This document shows, piece by piece, positions 1 through 9,200 of a DNA stretch of 24,307 nt; position 1 is the stretch's first letter; each line of letters opens with the position of its first letter. Source of the DNA: Ginkgo biloba. Lineage: Eukaryota; Plantae; Ginkgophyta. Location: assembly GCA_024626585.2 (NCBI GenBank), contig JANKJI020000002.1, positions 53,254,419 through 53,278,725 on the forward strand, read 5' to 3'. Made by a program: the position numbers and the translations under genes. The notes under the pieces were generated by a model that was given only the letters and a program-made list of their open reading frames with translations, was not told where the DNA came from and made no database searches.

Positions 1-222
1 ACAAATCATTTTTACATGCAGAGAGTAAATAAGTATAAGAAAGAGGATTATCCCCTTGGATTGATCAAAATAATTTTCATTGTACATTGATAATAAATCA
101 TCCAACACCAAGTGGGTACATCATTTTGAGTTCCAATTATTAGGAGAACATCTTATTTTAGAAGGCGAAGGTTCAATCAATTTGGTAGTTTGAGCTTCAA
201 TAATTTTTTAAGAAAAGTGCCA

Positions 223-1084
223 ATGGAATCATAAATCTTAAGAGTCCCTTTAACATATGAGATTACATATATATTAGACACTTGCAATATCATTTTCAAA
301 TTCACATTTGATGATTTCCTTCAAATGAGAGAGGATAGGAGAGAAGATAATGTATTCCATAGGTTAGGCTTGATTTAAGTTGCATCCATACCCAAGGTAC
401 CATGCATACTTTTAGTAGAATGGCATGCCTAGAGATTCAACCCCAGAACCAAAATTATAGTTTTTTCCATCAGACAAGGGTTGTATGCTCTTACCCATGA
501 TATGTTTAAGGAGATGTTGCATCTCCCACCCCATGTTACATAGTTTTATTTTGAGAGAGTGGAGAGGTTCTTCTGAGATTATCTCAGGATCCTAGCTTTG
601 ATGAATTCATGGATAGAGAATAAGGTACAAAAACCCATTAAAAGACAAGCGTATGATACCATAATATTACAAAGGAAATTCAATATCATTACATCTTTGA
701 TAAGAAGGACTTTTTGCAAGAAGGATACCAGTAAAGTATACCATTTTATGATATAAATTATGTATGATATCGTAATAAATGGGATGGCATTTTATTGGCC
801 ATACATTATTAACAGGAATATTTTCCAATAGCTTATGGATTTGCCTCATCCTCATTATTTTAACACGACCTCTTATCTAGTTTATGCATTATTATTTACC
901 CAAAATTTTCTTGGGTTATCATGTGATGTATATAATAAAGAGGAGAGGGGGTTATCAGTTACTCATTGATACCCCAAATATGGAGGATAATTTATAAAAA
1001 ATATTTTGATTTATTGATTGAAAAATTAATTTTCAAAGTGTTCTTTCTCCTTAAAAATCAAGAATTCGAAAGAGTAAGTCTTGT
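223..1084 (+). pseudogene. Degenerate ORF, probable LTR-retrotransposon accessory ('extra') ORF of unknown function; runs into the gap at 1085
   Basis: Manual translation of frame +1 from ATG 223: MES*ILRVPLTYEITYILDTCNIIFKFTFDDFLQMREDRREDNVFHRLGLI*VASIPKVPCILLVEWHA*RFNPRTKIIVFSIRQGLYALTHDMFKEMLHLPPHVT*FYFERVERFF*DYLRILALMNSW...GMAFYWPYIINRNIFQ*LMDLPHPHYFNTTSYLVYALLFTQNFLGLS...VTH*YP. After a frameshift near 975 it continues as IWRIIYKKYFDLLIEKLIFKVFFLLKNQEFERVSL. Only 8 stops occur in ~250 codons (232, 376, 430, 541, 574, 754, 829, 967), low for DNA this AT-rich. The family assignment is from recalled motif similarity, not a search. Confidence 0.65.
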
Positions 1085-1184
1085 NNNNNNNNNNNNNNNN
1101 NNNNNNNNNNNNNNNNNNNNNNNNNNNNNNNNNNNNNNNNNNNNNNNNNNNNNNNNNNNNNNNNNNNNNNNNNNNNNNNNNNNN

Positions 1185-1255
1185 ACCAATCTAACCATAA
1201 CCACTTATACTAAGTTAGGGGCACAACATGCTGATCTTCTATTAGGGTCATTACA
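1185..1255 (-). mobile_element. Terminal fragment of an LTR inserted into the gypsy pol
   Basis: The + strand ends ...TAGGGTCATTACA (1255); its reverse complement TGTAATGACCCTA is a typical plant LTR start. Gypsy pol homology begins abruptly at the next base ((E)IPQYFPIDHKMGH*IELEKG). Confidence 0.5.
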
Positions 1256-1975
1256 GATTCCCCAATATTTTCCCATAGATCATAAAATGGGCCACTAGAT
1301 TGAGCTTGAGAAGGGATCGAGGCCTAGTTATAGGTTAAGATATGTTGAAGGAAGACATGAAGAAGTAGATCCAAGAGTTGTATAAAGGGTTTATATGACC
1401 ATTAAAGCCTCCTTATAGTACATTAATTTTGTCAGTGAAGTAAAAAGAAACTTCCATATAAATGTGTGTGGACTATAAAGCATTGAATAAGGTGACCATA
1501 AAGAATACATATCCCTCTTCTATGATCAATGGAATTTGGAGAGACCCAGTGTTTCTAAAATTAATTTAAGGCATGACTATCATTAGATCCAAATTCATCC
1601 TAAGGATATAGTGAAGATAGTCTTTGTAATAAGGGAAAACTATTATGAGTACTTGGTGATACCTTTTGGTTTGACTAATGCTCCAACCACATTCATGAGA
1701 TTGATGATGGATGTTCTCAAGTATTTCTTAGGGAAATTTATGGTATTATTTTTTGGATGACATTGTGATATTTAATATGAATAAGAAAGAGTATGATGAG
1801 CATTTTTAAATGATTTTGCATGTCCTCATGAGGGATAAGCTCTATGCTAAGCTTTATTAATGCAATATTTTATAGGATAAGACTAATTACTTTGCCATAT
1901 TATTTCAATCAATCGCATCTTAGTCAATATCGAGAAGATTAATGTGGTTTATGGGTAGAAATTTTTAGTTATTGT
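1256..1975 (+). pseudogene. Ty3/gypsy reverse transcriptase domain (pseudogenised)
   Basis: MCVDYKALNKVTIKNTYP (1462-1515). After a frameshift, SKINLRHDYH*IQIHPKDIVKIVFVIRENYYEYLVIPFGLTNAPTTFMRLMMDVLKYFLGKFMVL (from 1554). A +1 shift in the T run then gives catalytic FLDD (1750-1761) IVIF. Confidence 0.96.
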
Positions 1976-2540
1976 GCATGAGATAAGGATATTCCTTGGT
2001 CGAGCTATTTTTTATAAAAGATTTTTACTCGATTTCCCCAAGATAGCATCTCCTTTGACCAAACTGTTGAAAAAGTCTAGAAAGTTTAAATGGACGAATA
2101 CGCACCAATTTAGGTTTGATATTTTCAGGTGGATATTGGTAGAGTCGCTATTGTTCACATTACTAAATGTATCTAAACCTTTGACCATGTACACATATGC
2201 TAGTAGAGTTTCCATTGGGACCATATTGACTTAAGAAGNNNNNNNNNNNNNNNNNNNNNNNNNNNNNNNNNNNNNNNNNAGTTTAGTAAAGATTCCCTAT
2301 ATATGATTAAGAAATATTTTCCATTGTTCATGCTATTAATGTATAAAATCATTACTTAAAGAATAATGAATTTGAAGTAGTGATTTATTATAAAACTTTG
2401 ATGTCCTTTCTCCTAAAGTTGAGGTGGTATCTAGATAGTACAGGCCATCCATGGTCTTGGAGGAGTTTTATCCCAAGTTGATGTGTTGAGTAGGAAAGGA
2501 GAATGTTCTATTAGATTCCTTATCAAGGATTCCATAAGTT
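1976..2540 (+). pseudogene. Ty3/gypsy RT thumb/connection and RNase H domain (pseudogenised)
   Basis: ORF 1974-2234 reads EIRIFLGRAIFYKRFLLDFPKIASPLTKLLKKSRKFKW...SKPLTMYTYASRVSIGTILT (consensus RSFLGLAGYYRRFI..F..IA.PLT.LLKK...F.W ... TDAS..GIGAVL). After the gap come IYD*EIFSIVHAINV*NHYLKNNEFEVV and GKENVLLDSLSR (~2493-2528). Confidence 0.93.
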
Positions 2541-2699
2541 AATAATATTATGTGATATAGGGATCTTAGAGAGAGGAGATCCATGAGGCATAAAAGTATG
2601 ATAAAAAGTGCTAAGAGATGAAGTAAGACCTAGTTGATGGGAATCTTATTTAGAATATGCAAATTATTTATAATAATCTTTGTTATGGAATTATAGTCA

Positions 2700-3390
2700 T
2701 TGTACTTAATATTACCCATTTAAAATATAATATCTTGTATGAATTGCATGGTAGTCATTTTACTAATTATGTTGGTAGGGATAAGGGCTATGAAGCCTTT
2801 AAAAGTAAATTTATTAGAAAAATAAGAAGAAATAAATAGTGGATTATGTAAAGGCCTATGAGTAATGTTAGGTGATAAGGTAGAAAGAGATCGGTTTATG
2901 GGGTTGTTGATACCTTTACATATATTAGAAGAAAAATGGGAGAGCATTAATATGGACTTAATGACATCCCTACCTCAGACTCAATGGTAACATAACTAGA
3001 TTTTGGCGGTGGTGGATTAAATTATGAAGATGGATAGATTTATCACTTATTAGATTATACACAGGAAATAATATTGTTGATTTATTGATAAAAAATAAAA
3101 TCAACAAATATGAGTTGCTAAAGAGCATAGTGACCGATTATGACACCAGATTCACCAGCCATGTTTGGACACATTTGTTTAGAGATTGAGGAACTCGGTT
3201 GAATTTCAATAGAAACAATTACCCTTAGATAGATGGATAAATTAAAAGAGTTAATTAGATAATGAAAAATATGTTGGCATTAGATCTGGTAGCTATATAA
3301 CCTAACTGGGAGGAGAGACTTCCATTTATAGAGTTTACATACAATAATAGTAAACATTCAACTATAGGTATGAATCCCTTTAGATCCATA
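2700..3390 (+). pseudogene. Ty3/gypsy integrase (zinc-binding and core domains, pseudogenised)
   Basis: ILYELHGSHFTNYVGRDKGYEAFK; GLLIPLHILEEKWESINMDLMTSLPQT (2901-2981); KSIVTDYDTRFTSHVWTHLF; YP*IDG*IKRVN*IMKNML (from 3220; consensus YHPQTDGQTERVNQILEDML); WEERLPFIEFTYNNSKHSTIGMNPF. Confidence 0.96.
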
Positions 3391-4110
3391 NNNNNNNNNN
3401 NNNNNNNNNNNNNNNNNNNNNNNNNNNNNNNNNNNNNNNNNNNNNNNNNNNNNNNNNNNNNNNNNNNNNNNNNNNNNNNNNNNNNNNNNNNNNNNNNNNN
3501 NNNNNNNNNNNNNNNNNNNNNNNNNNNNNNNNNNNNNNNNNNNNNNNNNNNNNNNNNNNNNNNNNNNNNNNNNNNNNNNNNNNNNNNNNNNNNNNNNNNN
3601 NNNNNNNNNNNNNNNNNNNNNNNNNNNNNNNNNNNNNNNNNNNNNNNNNNNNNNNNNNNNNNNNNNNNNNNNNNNNNNNNNNNNNNNNNNNNNNNNNNNN
3701 NNNNNNNNNNNNNNNNNNNNNNNNNNNNNNNNNNNNNNNNNNNNNNNNNNNNNNNNNNNNNNNNNNNNNNNNNNNNNNNNNNNNNNNNNNNNNNNNNNNN
3801 NNNNNNNNNNNNNNNNNNNNNNNNNNNNNNNNNNNNNNNNNNNNNNNNNNNNNNNNNNNNNNNNNNNNNNNNNNNNNNNNNNNNNNNNNNNNNNNNNNNN
3901 NNNNNNNNNNNNNNNNNNNNNNNNNNNNNNNNNNNNNNNNNNNNNNNNNNNNNNNNNNNNNNNNNNNNNNNNNNNNNNNNNNNNNNNNNNNNNNNNNNNN
4001 NNNNNNNNNNNNNNNNNNNNNNNNNNNNNNNNNNNNNNNNNNNNNNNNNNNNNNNNNNNNNNNNNNNNNNNNNNNNNNNNNNNNNNNNNNNNNNNNCCAA
4101 AATAAAGTGG

Positions 4111-5524
4111 TGTTGAGGAGACAAAAAAAAGGGTAAAGGACAAATCCTTATGGGTATTCCAATATAGGATGTCTCCTTCCAAAGAGTGACATTTGTCAAC
4201 TTAGAGCCACAAAGAACTCTAGGACCATGGGTATAGCTCCAAGGTTAAGTCCAAACCTTATGGGGGAGATGATGCCTAGTTATTTCAATGTATACGTAGA
4301 TTTTTATGGGATTTGGGATCTCATATATATCTTTATAATTCTACTCCAAGAAATTAACCTCACTTCTTTCTCTCTTCGATTTCTTACCTAATTCTTCTTA
4401 ATCGAGAAGTCATTGGTTTTCACCTACCATTTTTCTACTTGCTAATGGTGTTGAGATACTTTTGTTATAGTGTTTCTTTGAGATTCTTTTTTCACCATAA
4501 GTACTTAGATATTCTCTCCAAACTAAGGTGACATTAGTAGAGGGTTTTTTGTATATTGTTAGTGGAGTGGTACATAAAAAAGGTGACATGGGCATTCTAG
4601 CAGGGTAGCAATTACATTCTACCTATAGTTTCTACATATTTTAATCCTTGGAAGCAAGTTGTTCAACTTGGAACTATAGAGGGAAGGCATCTCCATCCCC
4701 AAAGGGAATTAATAGATTTAACCAAAGCTTTTCATCTAGGTACATGCTTATTGTTAAGAATTATGTAACCCTAACGTTATAGTTATCTTTTGCTTATGAT
4801 AAAGTAATGGAATATTTTTTTACAGTTTAGATAGAATTGTATCTTTTGCTTTATGTATGCATAATTAATGAATCCAAATACTTGAGGTGAATTATATTCT
4901 TTAGATTAGGCCCCCCTTGGCCAGAGGGATCACTTATGGTTGTAAATATTTTTATTATGTAATGAATGCACTATGTATTCTCATTTCATAATTGTTGAAA
5001 TTAGCCCTAATTGTATTGTAGAAAATCGTAGTGATTGAGTCTAGGAAAATAATGGATTTAATTGGAGACCTGTTAGGGGATTTAGTGCCTTAGACTATTG
5101 AACCTTTGTATGAAGTTTTATTCGTATCCTTGCATGAATATTCTTAGGGCTATTGATAGTAAGATTTATGTATACTCTAAGAGGGATAGACACTTATCTA
5201 TGTTGATCCTATTATCTATTAGTCTATAGTGTATTATTGTAGATGTAGGGTCTATAAGTTATTTTTGTAGTTGTAAAGGTAACTATTACTATAGTCATGA
5301 TCTATGATTCGTTGTTACATCCAGAGATGTTTTGGTATTGGTAAATTTTTTTGGTTTAAGGTCTATTATTACAACCTTAAGGTTTACTATATAAAAAATT
5401 AATAAATCTTAGAAGGGGGTGAAAACCCTAGCTCTCTAGGGTTATCTTGATGTCGAAGATGGGTTGAAATAGATCTATGCTTGGCATCCTTACTACTATG
5501 AGGGTTGTAGGGTAGAGTCTAACA
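4111..5524 (+). mobile_element. LTR-like non-coding segment (possible long LTR)
   Basis: Begins TGTTGAG and ends GTCTAACA. A TATA-like CATATATAT (~4322) is followed by a pyrimidine-rich tract, and there are no ORFs. No TSD (AGTGG vs ATTAC) and no PPT or PBS, so the boundaries are tentative. Confidence 0.35.
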
Positions 5525-5936
5525 ATTACTCAATAGTTATTAGGCATTGATGATTATAATTTATACACCAAAGGTTCAATTGCCTACATAGTAAGCCCCT
5601 TTAAGTGGCCCATGGCCAATAATAGGTACTTATGGATATTACTATGAGTTGACCTTGGTTAAACAATCCCATTTGCTAAAACATATACTTTTATTTATTC
5701 TACCTCTATGGCCATAAATTAATGGATTAAAATTTGGTATGGAAAAATTAACAAAGATAAATATTTATTTTATATGGGTTTTCACCGCACTACACTTGTA
5801 TGGTTATTTTTTATTTCTAAATGCATGACTAAGTTGNNNNNNNNNNNNNNNNNNNNNNNNNNNNNNNNNNNNNNNNNNNNNNNNNNNNNNNNNNNNNNNN
5901 NNNNNNNNNNNNNNNNNNNNNNNNNNNNNNNNNNNN

Positions 5937-6323
5937 TCCATCTTCAAAATTCATTGCTTCCCTTCATTTTTCTTCATATTTTTGTATTATTTATTACATT
6001 CATTTAATGGAAATTTGGTTCATTGTCTACTTGATGTGTTGGATTTATATCATGAATGTTTAATTTTTTTATCTTGTAATACTTTATGCTCGGTTTACAC
6101 CTTATAGTATTGCAACTTGTCAACCAAAGGCAAGATTCTCATCCACTCAATAGCATTCTTAGAGATTTGCAACCTGACTACTTGCAACCTCATACTCAGA
6201 GTAAGCTCATTTATTTTGTTAAATGCTTGTTATTGCCTGAAAGTATTGCAAATACCTGCTTGTTCTTAGAGTGGATGGTTGTTGAGGACAAAGTGTTTAG
6301 AGTTCACTTCTCCCCCCTCAAAA
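5937..6323 (+). mobile_element. 3' part of a 5' LTR of a Tat/Ogre-type Ty3/gypsy element
   Basis: Directly precedes a tRNA-Arg PBS (6327). Positions 6104-6248 align ungapped to 8262-8406 at 114/145 identity (hand count). The 5' part is lost in the gap 5837-5936. Confidence 0.7.
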
Positions 6324-6326
6324 AAA

Positions 6327-6344
6327 TGGCAACTCCACTAGAGA
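6327..6344 (+). promoter_or_regulatory. Primer-binding site complementary to the 3' end of tRNA-Arg(ACG)
   Basis: TGGCAACTCCACTAGAGA matches TGGCGACTCCACTGGGGA (reverse complement of the plant tRNA-Arg(ACG) 3' end) at 15/18, and all three mismatches are G>A. It lies just after the LTR-like end CCCCCCTCA plus an A spacer. An Arg PBS is typical of Ogre/Tat elements. Confidence 0.75.
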
Positions 6345-7839
6345 GGTTTGCTTCATTTGTTGGGTTGAAGTTTATTTTAAGTCGGTGTGATATTTCATAT
6401 CATTGCACAATGCAAACTGATAATTTGATTCATACATAAATCTCAAATTGCAATTATCGGTTAATCAATTGTTAACCACTCTCGCAATTCATGTCTGCAT
6501 AGTTAAGTTCTCACTTCTGTCTCATGTATATGCATAAGTTGATAGCCTTATTTTACCAAGATCCTCGTAATCCTCATCACTAAATCTAGGGCTTTAAATT
6601 ATCCAAAGTCATGTTCCATCAATCTCAAAGTTCGTGGGTATTGTGCATCTCTCGCTTGTTGGTCCATCCCAATAAACCATGTGTAGACTCTGTCGAGTCT
6701 GTCCTTAGCAAATGTGAGTCCATTATGCCCTCACACATTGCATAGTCTATGAGTCTCATACTACATCACCAATGTCATAACAGAGTGTTCCATCACCCTC
6801 TCTTTCATATTGCATGACTTCAAGGGCCTTCAATGCTAGATGTTGGACAAGTTTTGTTTAGACAATAATAACAACCACCTTAATTTAAAGGCACCAATTG
6901 ACTTGTCAAATTTGGCACATGATTGAAGTTGGCTCTCAACATCATAATAGTCATCTGGTTTGTCGACATCAAAATATTCTTTGAGCCAATATTACTTTCT
7001 TATAAGTTACTATTTATAATTTTTTATTTCTAATAACAACCATGAGGTTAGGACTTGTCCAACTCTTGAGCTCAANNNNNNNNNNNNNNNNNNNNNNNNN
7101 NNNNNNNNNNNNNNNNNNNNNNNNNNNNNNNNNNNNNNNNNNNNNNNNNNNNNNNNNNNNNNNNNNNNNNNNNNNTCTGAAGGTTACTGAGGAGATTTCA
7201 CCTTTGAAATCTCTGTTCTGGGTAGGCTTTAGCCTGCTCTTTTGAAAAACATTAAGGAAAGAATCCTTTACTGCTTTTGCATTACATGGAACTTGGAAAA
7301 TAAAAGAAGGGTGGGGAATCTAAACATAAATTTATTTTCTTGATATTCAATAATTAAAGGGGGTTTTACCTATTTGTTTGCTTTTTGCACTTAGCTCACA
7401 TATCTATTGCACACAAAGCACCCTTTCACACACACTTCCACATGTTTGAGGTACGTCAGGGATTAGCCCTGTGCCTCCCAATTAATTGGGCCAGTCGTTC
7501 TGGCTGAACTAGGTGGAGAAGTCTTTTCTCCAACATACAGTTAACAAAACATAAGAAAAGAAGAATATGATTTCAAACTGTTAATGACTAAAATTCCACC
7601 AATAGAGTTTTGGCATTATTGTAATTCAATGAGTAAACTTATTCCAAAATGTGTTAATAATCAATCAAGAACTTGCCATAAATTTTGAAAAGAGTTCCCA
7701 TGGTTTCTCATGGTGGCGTCTAACTCTCACTACCTGGGAATTGTAAGAAGATTCTAAATAGAATCTTGAGGATAAAAATGCAAATAAGTCAAGGAAAATT
7801 CCTTTTCCTTAAAGGTGGAGGAAGTTAAGAATTGATCTC

Positions 7840-8436
7840 GTCACTAAGAATCATGGGGAGGATTGGTCTCTATGAGAGATAATATAAGGAAATAATCTTC
7901 TCATTCTCTCTATATAAATACCTCTCTTTTCTCAAGAAAAGGAGTAGAAAAAGACTATTGTGAAAAAAATCTATCAATTTACATACTTGAAAGCTACTCA
8001 TACAAGTGGAAACTTTTATGAATTATGTAATCATACCAAAGAAGATTTAAAATACTAATAGAGATATTCTAGTGCATTAAAGGAGGGGAATTATTTAAGG
8101 CTTATATATAGTAATATGACTTTTATTTAATCCATTTCTTATTATTTTTATTATTTTACATCATTTAGTTGATGGAAATTTCATTCTATTGCCATCTTTA
8201 TGTAGTTATTTTTATTCAATGAATGGGCATCTTATGGTAATTTTTACTTGACATTGTGTTCATAGCATTACAACTTCTCAACTAAAGGCAATATTTCCAT
8301 CCACTCAATAGCAATGTTAGAGACTTATATCGCAGCTACTTGCAATTTCATACTTAGAGTATGCTTGCATATCTTCTTGAATGCTTGTTATTACTTGAAA
8401 ATATTGTTACAAATAAATTACTCCACGCGTCAAACA
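7840..8436 (+). mobile_element. LTR (3' or solo) related to the 5937-6323 LTR; 5' boundary uncertain
   Basis: TATATAAATA at 7911-7920 in LTR-like context. The 145-bp block 8262-8406 is ~79% identical to 6104-6248. Ends CCACGCGTCAAACA (8436), with no PBS following. Confidence 0.6.
7911..7920 (+). promoter_or_regulatory. TATA box of LTR promoter
   Basis: CTC-TATATAAATA-CCTCTC within the LTR-like repeat, upstream of the shared R/U5-like block. Confidence 0.5.
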
Positions 8437-8439
8437 TTG

Positions 8440-9200
8440 AATTTTTGGATCAACCATTTCTCTCTTTTCTGGAGATGATGGACCCCATCAACTTCTCATT
8501 AAGATTTGAATGTCATTGTGCTACTATGAATGTGAAAGACTGATTAAAACTTATTGGTTGCACAGTGTTAGCTACAATAGATTAATCTGAACATAACAAT
8601 TCATAGAGGTTTCCAAATGCAATCTTATTTCGATGAAAATCACCACAATATAAAAAAGCGATAGATCTCCATGGGAAGAAAACAAAAAGATGAATTGCAA
8701 TACTCAATTGGTCTCACATCCCACAAAGCCAACTATGGTTTAATTTTCACATTGTCTCAATTGGACATGTTCATAATTTTTCTTCCCCATAACTCGGTAA
8801 TGTTATTTGTGAACTTGTTGGACAACTTGCCACGTGCTCAATCCCTACCACTAAGATTGGGACTATATGTAGTTGATACCAAAGTTCTAACCATTCATCG
8901 TTAGTTGGTTCGCAATAAAAAATAACATTCCTTACTAAGATCTTAGATTAATTTTAGTCTTCTCTCATCAATTTACTGATTCTTTAACAAAATTTCTTTA
9001 TTGCTATCCTTTCTATAAGAAGATTTCCTTCATTAACTTTTTATGATTTTTTCTTATTCACTTATCACTACTATTTATAGAAATCCCTCATTTCTACCTT
9101 TCCTTTTAGCTCTTTCATCGTCTTGCAACCTAGTCTTATAAACTTGTTATTACCATTTTTTACACTTATGCTTCTTAGTTAACTATTAAACACATATGAC
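8440..9200 (-). pseudogene. Possible very degenerate gag remnant (zinc knuckle region)
   Basis: The minus strand ~8660-8619 reads (xF)LYCGDFHRNK-(D)C with indels, resembling the CX2CX3HX4C knuckle. It is preceded by an RG-rich GRD*ARGK stretch and KTMKELKGKVEMR. Requires frameshifts; weak. Confidence 0.3.

Larger units (their letters stand above)
1256..3390 (+). mobile_element. Decayed Ty3/gypsy LTR-retrotransposon pol (RT - RNase H - integrase), many stops and frameshifts
   Basis: Domain order RT>RH>INT is diagnostic of Ty3/gypsy. Canonical motifs were read directly from the sequence (see sub-features). Truncated by the gap at 3391. Confidence 0.97.

Noticed and set aside
667-855. Minus-strand 62-aa ORF
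   Set aside because: It is the antisense shadow of the plus-strand pseudogene 223-1084.
2012-2947. Minus-strand ORFs 2012-2224 and 2720-2947
   Set aside because: They are antisense shadows of the gypsy RNase H and integrase.
3255-4199. Long ORFs in the track (314, 274 and 248 aa; likewise 11514-12557, 11531-12502, 20568-21200, 20753-21220)
   Set aside because: Their length is an artefact of reading through N gaps as X; the real sequence contributes only short non-diagnostic peptides.
6086-6439. 117-aa plus-strand ORF (and 8361-8543)
   Set aside because: It overlaps the LTR end and PBS, has no domain motif, and the sister copy does not keep an equivalent long frame.
7187-7215. CTGAGGA followed by a hairpin, resembling a hammerhead ribozyme core (CUGANGA)
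   Set aside because: The stem is followed by TCTG rather than the required GAAA, and no stems I/III or NUH cleavage triplet can be built.
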